A stretch of 64,000 nt of DNA, taken from positions 1 through 64,000 of the forward strand of contig NIVC01000158.1 in assembly GCA_002269645.1 (NCBI GenBank), written 5' to 3'. A program made the translations under genes and the position numbers. A model generated the notes under the pieces. The model was given only the letters and a program-made list of their open reading frames with translations, ran no database searches and was not told the origin of the DNA. The DNA is from Macrostomum lignano. Its lineage: Eukaryota. Within the stretch, counting starts at the first letter, position 1, and the number at the start of each line of letters is the position of its first letter. Shown here in pieces: positions 11,606 to 22,117 of the stretch.

Positions 11606-12588
11606 CGAGGGGTGTCCAAAAAGTAGTGATACTTTTAACCGTAGCTCTCGTTCTATAGCTTCCTGTGATTTAAAATTGTATTAACTGATAGCGGCAAATC
11701 TCTTCTACAGACTGCTTTTTGAATTTTTAAAATTGATACCAGAGTACAAAAGTTATACCCACGAAAGTAACAGTACCTGTACCATAGAGTTACACAAATT
11801 ATAGGCTGAGCTTCACGAGATCCATGCCGAGTAAGCTTCGATGAATTGTTGATTTCGGCTTGTTCAACCTGTCAGCAATCTCTCTAATGGTCATTCGGGA
11901 GTCCTCGTCAAGAAGATTCAGAATGGAGTCCGCCAGTACATCAGGTCGATGGCCGCCCCATCCGATGCTGATCTGCCAAGTCAGTCCTTCCCTCGCTGAA
12001 CTGCTCCATCCATCGATAACTGTCATTTTGCTGACTGCAGAGGATCCGTGCGCAGAGCAAAGTTTTGCGTAAATTGCTGAGGCACCATGGCCAGCGCCCC
12101 AAAGAGTGAAGATAGTACTTTGCTGAGCAACAACTGAGTGCACATTCATGTGTGTTGTCGAATATGGGCAATGAAATCATGAACGAATCGCAAAATGCAA
12201 GCTCCTCTGTTTGCAAGTAAAGTAATGCATTTAACGCTTTATTTTTCTGCGCATGATCCCGTCCATAGATAAATTTCAGTCAGTCACAGTGAGCATCATT
12301 TTGCAATTGGGGTTTGGTATTGCTTACACAAGACATTTATCGATGCCTTCTTAATGAATGAGTGCAGAAGTCGACTATTATAAATTTCGATATAGTTTGT
12401 GTAACTCTATGGTACAGGTACTGTTACTTTCGTGGGTATAACTTTTGTTCTCTGGTATCAATTTTAAAAATTCAAAAAGCAGTCTGTAGAAGAGATTTGC
12501 CGCTATCAGTTAATACAATTTTAAATCACAGGAAGCTATAGAACGAGAGCTACGGTTAAAAGTATCACTACTTTTTGGACACCCCTCG
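11606..12588 (-). mobile_element. Non-autonomous mariner-type DNA transposon (internal deletion derivative) with ~199-bp TIRs and TA TSD
   Basis: TA|CGAGGGGTGTCCAAAAAGTAG...CTACTTTTTGGACACCCCTCG|TA. The TIRs at 11606-~11804 and ~12391-12588 differ at about 2 positions. The interior encodes a frameshifted mariner N-terminal bipartite HTH (YRWMEQFSEGRTDLADQHRMGRPST; LLDEDSRMTIREIADRLNKPKSTIHR) and no catalytic domain. Confidence 0.93.
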
Positions 12589-13939
12589 TATTTGTTTACT
12601 CATTTGTCCGAAATTTAGATTTCCTCCCAAAAGTCAGAAGTCAAAATATCAAAACTTAAGCATCGATACTGTGTAGAAAACATGTTTCCTTTGTAGATAA
12701 CATTAATTTGGTCTTCAAATAATATACAGGATTTTTGTAAATTAATCGTACATCTCTTTGTAGCCCAGTAGTCCTAATCTTAGCACACTTACTGTTCATA
12801 TTTCTATAGAATCATAATAAGACTACGATTCCACATTTATACCAAGCGACGAACCAAGTTACTCCTTTTTATCGAAGAAGGCCAAAATTCGCTGTAGACA
12901 CTCCTCAATTTTGTAAATAACTAACACTAAGGACGTAAATTCAGTGGATTGTTTTTCATTTGAAGCTTATGAGAACTGTAGTGCCATCTAGGTTTTGACG
13001 ACTATTTACGCCATGTTAGATAAGGACAAGAGCAAAAGTTATAACTTTTAGAACATTAATCGGAATCGGATTGTTAAAAATTTAATCTCATTATCTCCTA
13101 TCTATAAAATAATAATCTTAACGTGTAGTGCCAAGTGCATTTTGTTGATCTGCGTCAACTTAATAGCGTGTGCGCAAATTTAAATCATTAGGTTTCCGCA
13201 ATATCAAGAGCTGCTCTGGATTCAGATTGCACATGCATATACGTAAAATGCACTGTCACATCACTGAACAATGAAACGGCAATCTGGATCTGCTATGTAC
13301 ATTCTATATCATAGAAATATATGATCACTAATTGGACTCATTCAGCGAGCACAGGAACATTCTGGTACGCTACTTTTCATGTTCTTAAGGCGATATATAG
13401 TCTATTTTAATTTTTCTCGGAGTAATGACGATCAGTGCCAAAAGTCTTCTTTAAAAACGTTTTTAGGTATGATAAACAAGAAATAAACTAATAAAATATT
13501 CATGCCTAGCTTCTCAGTAGTGAAAGCAGTCAAAAAATAAATCTTTAAAAAGTTATAACAATAATTTAGTTCTTTTAGTTTTACACAATGAATCTTCCTA
13601 ATCGTAAGTTGAGTCATCGTCTCATCAGGATTAAATACTTTAGTACATTTAGTACATTGCTGTTAAGTTTTTATAAGCAAAGGGTACAAAAAAAACTTCC
13701 TAGTATAACGATATGTTATTTAATTTTATAACTATGCATAGTTGTAATATTTTCTATATTTATGCTTAAGTCAAATTTGTTTATCACGCGACAGTAATGT
13801 TTATACTATTTGTTCATTAATATTGATTTTTAGATTGTTAAATTATTCAATATTGTATTTTCAATATCAAAGTTATGACTTTAAATAATAGCTTCTAATT
13901 ACAACTGCTATCTTAATTTTATTTCCTTAGGTCTAAAAA

Positions 13940-16900
13940 ATGTCACAAAAAGGAGGGCCATTGGATTCATTATTAGTTTGGGTAAGTATGTTGATTACTT
14001 TCTAAGCATTAACCTATGTTAAGACGTGTAGTGTATTTAGTTGTCTATTTATCAAATACCTAATGCACATTTTATCTCTTTATTCAGATTGAGTCCTTTC
14101 TATCTGATGGTACACAGTTACAGTATGAGGACCTGATGGAGAAGAAATACCTTTTCAATGCACTTCAACAGATGTCAGTTTTGATTTATATAATAAATAA
14201 ATAAAAACATTGAGTTAAATTTGAATATGTCAAATAGAACATTTAAAACATTTTCAGAGACCCGAGACCTCTATGGTCAGAGCCAATCGATGAGTGCTTA
14301 GACCAGGCCAGTCAGTTACACAATGCTTCAATTTTATATGTGCAGCTGCTCACTTGCTACGCTGTAAGCCTTGATTGCATATTTAGCAATATCTAAATTA
14401 TACTACTTTCAGTAGAAAACTTGTGATTTATTTTTATTTAGGAAACTCTCAATCAGACGGTACTCCTGCCTATGCTGGATCTGAATGCCTACGTAAACTA
14501 TGAAGAGGACCTTGGTGAGTGATAGAAAAAAACTTTTTAGGCCCAAAATTAGACAATAAATAAAAATATATGGCCATTGTTGCGTTTTAAACAGCCGCCT
14601 CGCAGCTGGAGATGCACCGGCTGCTCATGCTGTTTCTTGGAATTGCAATTCAGTGCAAACGCAAAGACGAATTCATCGCAGCGATGGAGACACTGCCAGA
14701 TGAAATTCAGGAAGACATCATGGAGAACTACAGGACTGTGAGCTTGTCCGCTTTCTTCCCAACATCTTCTTAAGAGGATTCTGGGCTTGCGTAGGCATGC
14801 ACTCACTGATTAGCAGCTTGTTGCAGCCAGCTTCCAGCAGCAGATTACAGGGATACAGGGACCTCTCTAGTCTGCGCCCCTGTAGCTGGTGCTCCCTCTG
14901 TAGCTGGTGCCCTCTCTGTAGCTGGTGCCCTCTCTGTAGCTGGTGCCCTCTCTGTAGCTGGTGCCCTCTCTGTAGCTGGTGCTCTCTCTGTAGCTGGTGC
15001 CCTCTCTGTAGCTGGTGCCCTCTCTGTAGCTGGTGCCCTCTCTGTAGCTGGTGCCCTCTCTGTAGCTGGTGCTCTCTCTGTAGCTGGTGCCCTCTCTGTA
15101 GCTGGTGCCCTCTCTGTAGCTGGTGCCCTCTCTGTAGCTGGTGCTCTCTCTGTAGCTGGTGCCCTCTCTGTAGCTGGTGCCCTCTCTGTAGCTGGTGCTC
15201 TCTCTGTAGCTGGTGCCCTCTCTGTAGCTGGTGCTCTCTCTGTAGCTGGTGCTCTCTCTGTAGCTGGTGCCCTCTCTGTAGCTGGTGCCCTCTCTGTAGC
15301 TGGTGCCCTCTCTGTAGCTGGTGCCCTCTCTGTAGCTGGTGCCCTCTCTGTAGCTGGTGCCCTCTCTGTAGCTGGTGCCCTCTCTGTAGCTGGTGCCCTC
15401 TCTGTAGCTGATGCCCTCTCTGTAGCTGGTGCCCTCTGTTCCACACTTTCACAGTTGTATTCGTAAATGCGCTCACTTACTATGAAATTGTATCCTTACT
15501 AACAGCTGGCTCAGCATCTGGTCCGTCTGGACGCGGCCGAAGCCAGAACTGGCGGCGCCGGCCTGCGCAAGTGCTGCAACGACCGGTTGGACTGCTTTAA
15601 GGTGACCACTAGCCAGTTGTGCAGCAATTTCTTTTAATTTGGTGCCATTTTCGGGGCTCTGTGATCAATAAATGCCATTTCATCGCAACCTTAAAATTTT
15701 TAAGCCAAATTGCTGATTTTACCGCCTTGTGGTGAATCTTCGCCTTTAGAGCTGAGTCCTCGCATTTAGAGCTGAATCCTCGCCTTTAGAGCTGAGTCCT
15801 CGCCTTTAGAGCTGAATTCTCGCCTTTAGAGCTGAGTCCTCGCCTTTAGAGCTGAATCCTCGCCTTTAGAGCTGAGTCCTCGCCTTTAGAGCTGAATCCT
15901 CGCCTTTAGAGCTGCTGAATATTCGTCTTTAGTATGTCCTCGTCTTCAGAACACTGCATCCTCGTCTTCAGAACACTGCATCCTCGTCTTCAGAACACTG
16001 CATCCTTGTCTTCAGAACACTGCATCATCGTCTTCAGAACACTGCATCATCGTCTTCAGAACACTGCATCCTTGTCTTCAGAACACTGCATCCTTGTCTT
16101 CAGGACACTGCATCCTTGTTTTCAGAACACTGCATCCTTGTCTTCAGAACACTGCATCCTTGTCTTCAGAACACTGCATCCTTGTCTTCAGCACACTGCA
16201 TCCTTGTTTTCAGAACACTGCATCCTTGTCTTCAGAACACTGCATCCTTGTCTTCAGGACACTGCATCCTTGTTTTCAGAACACTGCATCCTTGTCTTCA
16301 GAACACTGCATCCTTGTCTTCAGAACACTGCATCCTTGTCTTCAGAACACTGCATCCTTGTCTTCAGAACACTGCATCCTTGTCTTCAGAACACTGCATT
16401 CTCATACTTAAATCTCTATCAGAGCCAAATCCATCATTGTCAAGCAGTGCAGTCAGCGCCTCACACGTAGGTCACCACAATATGTTCAAACAACAGAAGT
16501 ACAGCGAGGCAGTGGAGGAGAAGTGCTACCTGGAGACGGTGGTGCTGCACTCGCAAGCTGCTGAGGAGTCCAAGCCGGGTTCTTCGCCAACGCCACCCTC
16601 GTCGCAGCAGTCGAATCCGGCCGACGTTGCCGCTCTGGACTCCGCCAATCAGCGCGCCGCCCAGCTGGCCGCCCAGCTGGAGGCAAAGACGGCCGAGGCG
16701 GCCAAACTGAACGAGAAGCTGCGCCGACAGAAGGACAAAGTGCAGCGTCTGAAAGCCACTGCAGCCAAAGTAAGCCCCCAGTTTGGTGCAATTTTTATTC
16801 CTAATAATGGGCTTTATTGACCTTTAATAACCTTAGAGTCAAAAGTTGACCTTCAGAGTCACAAGATAACCTTCGAAATCACAAGATAACCTTCGAAATC

Positions 16901-19900
16901 ACAAGATAACCTTCGAAATCACAAGATAACCTTCGAAATCACAAGATAACCTTCGAAATCACAAGATAACCTTCGAAATCACAAGATAACCTTCGAAATC
17001 ACAAGATAACCTTCGAAATCACAAGATAACATTCAAAATCACAAGATGACCTTTAGAGTCACAAGGTGATCTCGAAAGTCTCAAGGTATTTTCCAGTCTT
17101 TAGGTGATGTCCAAAGTCTCAAGGTAAATTAAGACTAGAGTCTAATCTCTATAGAGTCTATCATGTAATCTTTAGAGTCTCATGTAATCTTTAGAGTCTC
17201 ATGCAATCTCTAGAGTCTCATGTAATCTCTAGAGTCTATCATGTAATCTCTAGAGTCTCATGTAATCTCTAGAGTCTCATGTAATCTCTAGAGTCTCATG
17301 TAATCTCTAGAGTCTCATGTAATCTCTAGAGTCTCATGTAATCTCTAAAGTCTCATGCAATCTCTAGAGTCTCATGCAATCTCTAGAGTCTCATGCAATC
17401 TCTAGAGTCTCATGTAATCTCTAGATAGCTTCGAGTAATCTCTAGAGTCTCATGTAATCTCTAGAGTCTCATGTAATCTCTAGAGTCTCATGCAGTCTCT
17501 AGAGTCTCATGCAATCTCTAGAGTCTCATGCAATCTCTAGAGTCTCATGCAATCTCTAGAGTCTCATGTAATCTCTAGAGTCTCATGTAATCTCTAGAGT
17601 CTCATGCAATCTCTAGAGTCTCATGTAATCTCTAGAGTCTAATGTAATCTCTGGATAGCTTCGAGTAATCTCAGGAGTTTTAAGATGACCTTCAAATCCC
17701 AATACGTTGCAGCTCAGCCACTCATGTTTTAAAAGCATGTTTCAACATTTGCACTTTCAGGCCAATGCTGGCAGCGCACAGGGAGTTAAGATGGGCGCTC
17801 TGAATGAAGAGATCGAGCGACTGAAGGACAAGGCAAGCGCCTGACATTGATGCGTGCTTAGAAAATGAGATTTTTAAATCATGATGATTTTCTGAATCGC
17901 CCTGTACTCTATCGCACAGATCAGCAAATTCGAGAACATGGAAAAAGAGGTGTACACACTGCGACAGCGACAGACAGAGTTCGACTTCTATAAGAGTCGA
18001 GTTCAGGTAAATTCGGCTTGAGATTTTGAGAATAGAAGTTTTTACGCAAGAAAATGTACAATTGCATACTACTTATCAAACGTTCGTCAGTAGTGCATTG
18101 CAGTTTCTACATTGAATTCATCTGCAGGAACTGCGCACGGAGAACAGCCAGCTAGTTGAGGACCGGCAGCACTTCGAGGAGCTCCTGTACAGCAGCCGGC
18201 GCAAGGAGGAGGACGTCATCGAGCGCCTGGTCGAATGCCAGATGCGCTGCGACGAGCTGGCCGGACTGCGCGAGGCCGACGCCGAACGGTCGCGCCAGGC
18301 GCTGGAGGCGGCCGCGTCGGCTGGCGGTGAGCAGGCCGTGGCCCGAATTCGCGAACTCGAAGCCGAAGTGGACAGGTGAGAATTGTACAGGCCGCCTCGG
18401 ACTCATCATATACGAGTAGGTTTGAGTTAAATGATCTACAGGAGCAATGTACATTTGTAGGGCGCGGCAGACAATGTACATGGCAGCTTAAACCCTTCCC
18501 CACTCCCTCACACGTCAGGATAGGCTTAATGGGGTAGGCTACACGGGCGCTGATTGGACAAAAAATGAACCAATAGAAATCCGGGAAGAAAGAAGAAAGA
18601 TTGCATACTACTCGTATTGAATTAAGTAGCTTATGCTGATATTACTCGTATGTTGTATTTATCTCTTTCGTCAATTCCGTCAAAAACCTAAATTTTCTTC
18701 TTTTCTCAGTTGCTTCTTCTTTGGACCATGGCATCTCACCTGCTCCCTCTTTCAGCCTTGGCATCTCAGCTACTTATCAATTGAGCCATGGCATCTCAGC
18801 TACTTATCAATTGAGCCATGGAATCTCAGCTACTTATCAATTGAGCCATGGAATCTCAGCTACTTATCAATTGAGCCATGGAATCTCAGCTACTTATCAA
18901 TTGAGCCATGGAATCTCAGCCACTTATCAATTGAGCCATGTAATCTCAGCCACTTATCAATTGAGCCATGGAATCTCAGCTACTTATCAATTGAGCCATG
19001 GAATCTCAGCTACTTATCAATTGAGCCATGGAATCTCAGCCACTTATCAATTGAGCCATGGAATCTCAGCCACTTATCAATTGAGCCATGGAATCTCAGC
19101 TACTTATCAATTGAGCCATGGAATCTCAGCCACTTATCAATTGAGCCATGGAATCTCAGCCACTTATCAATTGAGCCATGGAATCTCAGCCACTTATCAA
19201 TTGAGCCATGGAATCTCAGCTACTTATCAATTGAGCCATGGAATCTCAGCCACTTATCAATTGAGCCATGGAATCTCAGCCATGGTGTCTTGTATTCGCC
19301 TATCTTTCCCGCAGGTTGCGCTCCACTGGGTCCACTGGAGCGGCCGCAAGCGGAGGCCCCAGCGCCAGCGACGACAAGCAGGAGCGATGGAAATTCCTCG
19401 AAGTAAAAAAGGAGCTGGTGCAGACCAGGCGCGAACTGGCTAAGGCGCGCAAACAGGCCGAGACGGACGCGCAGCGGGCCAAGCGCGCGGAGGCGCAACT
19501 GGAGACGGCGACGAAGGCGGGGGCGGACAGGGAGCACGAGCTGGTGGGCACGCGGCAGTCGCACGAGGAGCACGTGCGGGATTTGGAACGGCGAATCCAC
19601 GAGCTCACAAATCAGATTGTGCTGCTTAAGCGGAAGGGCTCCGAGGCGATGAAGGGACTGCGGGAGGCTGAGCTGGCCGAGATGGAGGTCATGTTCCAGT
19701 CGGTGCAGGAGCTCACGTCTCAGGTGAGTTCACGATGTTCTCAAATGAGCTGCGCCTTCTGTTAACAGAGTGTCTACAATCTAATTGTCTGCAAACTGAG
19801 TGTCTTTAGGTATATATTAGTGTCTGCAGGTGTCTATTAGTGTCTGCAGGTGTCTATTATTGTCAATCTATGCAGCAGACAAGCCAGCAACACTGCCACT

Positions 19901-20227
19901 GCCCATCTCGCACTGCCGCAGGTTTCCAGACTGAAGAACAATAACAAAATCCTGCGCCAGTCCTGCGACAAGCTGAAATCGGAGGTGTACAAAATATTCA
20001 CTATCGAGCAGGAGAACGAGCGACTGCTAGCGGAGAACCGGGAGCTGCGCAAAACCAAAGCTGCCGACTCCACAGCCCAGGACGAATGGGAGCTGGTGCG
20101 CAAGAAGAATCTCCAGCTAGAGGTTGAGAACAAGAAGCTCAGGCGTATTGTGGAATCGTTGAAGATGACATTGGTGCAGATTGATCCGTACAACAAGATG
20201 CGATACCACTACATTACCTCGCTGTGA
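13940..20227 (+). CDS. HOOK-domain coiled-coil protein (Hook/CCDC88 girdin-daple family), ~646 aa
   Basis: Twelve exons: 13940-13981, 14088-14173, 14258-14363, 14442-14514, 14595-14737, 15506-15601, 16497-16769, 17761-17832, 17920-18006, 18128-18375, 19315-19723 and 19922-20227. All splice phases are consistent. HOOK-type motifs are LDSLLVW, QIDPRP and [19 protein letters not shown]; the coiled coil contains [14 protein letters not shown]. Confidence 0.85.
14879..15438. repeat. 18-bp minisatellite (TGTAGCTGGTGCCCTCTC), ~31 units, Hook-like intron 5
   Basis: Directly visible; source of the ATERAP, QRGHQL and CSWCPL ORFs. Confidence 0.97.
15738..16400. repeat. Two adjacent minisatellites: 20-bp (CGCCTTTAGAGCTGAGTCCT, ~15738-15915) and 22-bp (TCCTTGTCTTCAGAACACTGCA, ~15935-16400), Hook-like intron 6
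   Basis: Periods measured from the sequence. Confidence 0.95.
16850..17690. repeat. Two adjacent minisatellites: 20-bp (ACAAGATAACCTTCGAAATC, ~16860-17050) and 19-bp (TGTAATCTCTAGAGTCTCA, ~17140-17680), Hook-like intron 7
   Basis: Periods measured from the sequence. Confidence 0.95.
18725..19283. repeat. 30-bp minisatellite (GAGCCATGGAATCTCAGCTACTTATCAATT), Hook-like intron 10
   Basis: Directly visible, ~18 units, ending about 30 nt before the acceptor. Confidence 0.97.
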
Positions 20228-20459
20228 ACTCAATATGTAAATATGCTGTATATTTATTAACTGATCGAGTTAATCCTTGCGCAGTTAAAATAGCTAAAGT
20301 ACATTTTATAGCTTGTAATTACTGAGCTGTGACCTTTAAACCCAGGGTTTAAATAAATGTTTGTCTAGAAGAATGCGTAAGCTATTTTATGAAAGAAAAA
20401 CCAGTTCCAGCGACTCCTGGGCATGAACTACACGGGCCAACATAGTTATAGTCAGTGAG

Positions 20460-20845
20460 GGAAATTACAGGGGAATCCCGCTAGGGGAATCCCAACAGTG
20501 GAATCCCAGTAAGGGGAATTCCACCAATAAAATCCCAGTAAGAGGAATCCCGCCAGGGGAATCCCCCTTTTTAATAATCCTAGTTAGGGAAGTCCCGCTA
20601 GGAAAGTAAAACCATGGGAATTCGTCAGGAAAATCCCAGTAAGGGGAATCCCGCCAGGGGAATCCCACCATTGGAATCCCTGTTTAGGGAATCGCGCCAG
20701 GAAAATCCAACCAGGGGAATTCCAGTCAGGGGACTCCCAGTTAGGGGAATCCCGCCAGGGAAATCCCAACATTGGAATCCCAGTTTTAGGAATCCGGCCA
20801 GGGAAATCCCACGAGGGGCATCCCAGTCAGAGGAATCCCAACCAG
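20460..20845. repeat. Degenerate short repeat built on GGGGAATCCC
   Basis: Recurrent AGGGGAATCCC(G/A) units downstream of the Hook-like stop. Confidence 0.75.
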
Positions 20846-21459
20846 CCGACAGTACTGTGTATGTAAGTTTTTTTTCTTATTGAGAATTTATTCAGCTCTA
20901 TTCCAGATGCTATAATTAGCCGTCCCTGGCTATTCAAAGTAGCTCTATGTATATTTAACCTCAATGATGCATTGCAGGTCAGAGATTCCTCACTGTTTCG
21001 TAATCCTAAATTAGTTTTATTAACAGTTTAGTTAGGCTTAATAACTAACCAAACCAATAAACATGTATTTACTGCTGATAGCGCGCATGCTAATGTCAAT
21101 ATATTACAGTATATTGTTTATACTATAAATGTAGACTGTTTTATTTCGATGAAAAAATTACCGAAGATAAAACAAATGACCTAAAAAAATAATTTTGGCA
21201 ATAAACTTGTAGTAAAGCCAAAACCGAAAAAATATTCTAATGCAAATATACGATACTTTTAATAAAATCAGATAGATCAAATATTTGAACTAAACAAATT
21301 GGCAGACAAAACCGATTGGTTATCTCAAATGGAAACCAATGCAGCTGGTTTTGATGATGATGATAATGATTCAAGTTTTATTGAATGACGAGAATACAGG
21401 AAGGCAGCTAGCGGTGCTTGCTAAATTGGGATCTTGGATAGAAATTTAATGGTGAGAAA

Positions 21460-22000
21460 GATCCTCAAATGGGAATCTTGGGAAGGGATCCTCAAATGGG
21501 GATCTTGGGAAGGGATCCTCAAATCAGGATCTTGAGAAGGGATCCTCAAATGGGATCTTGGGAAGAGATCTTCAAATGGGGATCTTGGGAAGGGATCCTC
21601 AAATGGGAATCTTGGGAAGGGATCCTCAAATCGGGATCTTGAGAAGGGATCCTCAAATGGGATCTTGGGAAGAGATCTTCAAATGGGGATCTTGAGAAGG
21701 GATCCTCAAATGGGATCTTGGGAAGGGATCCTCAAATGGGATCTTGGGAAGGGATCCTCAAATGGGGATCTTGGGAAGGGATCCTCAAATGGGGATCTTG
21801 GGAAGGGATCCTCAAATGGGGATCTTGGGAAGGGATCCTCAAATGGGGATCTTGGGAAGGGATCCTCAAATGGGGATCTTGGGAAGGGATCCTCAAATGG
21901 GGATCTTGGGAAGGGATCCTCAAATGGGAATCTTGGAAAGGGATCCTCAAATGGGAATCTTGGGAAGGGATCCTCAAATGGGGATCTTGGAAACAGATTC
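21460..22000. repeat. 26-27-bp minisatellite (GGGATCTTGGGAAGGGATCCTCAAATG) between the convergent Hook-like and FH genes
   Basis: Directly visible. Confidence 0.95.
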
Positions 22001-22117
22001 CAAAATGAGGATTTTAGGAAAATATCAAAAATGGGAATAATATTGCAGCTCAAGCATTCAGATCCCAGATAAAGGCTAATTGACACAATAAATCGTCAGT
22101 TGCTCAGTGGCCGCAGG

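Noticed and set aside
10468-13940. AP2M1-Hook operon
   Set aside because: Same strand, but 3.5 kb apart with poly(A)-like signals and a transposon in between; no direct support.
14718-16470. Long repetitive ORFs ([32 protein letters not shown])
   Set aside because: Translations of intronic 18- and 22-bp arrays inside the spliced Hook-like gene.
18633-19443. ORFs with ([10 protein letters not shown])n and ([10 protein letters not shown])n
   Set aside because: 30-bp intronic array; the real exon starts at 19315.
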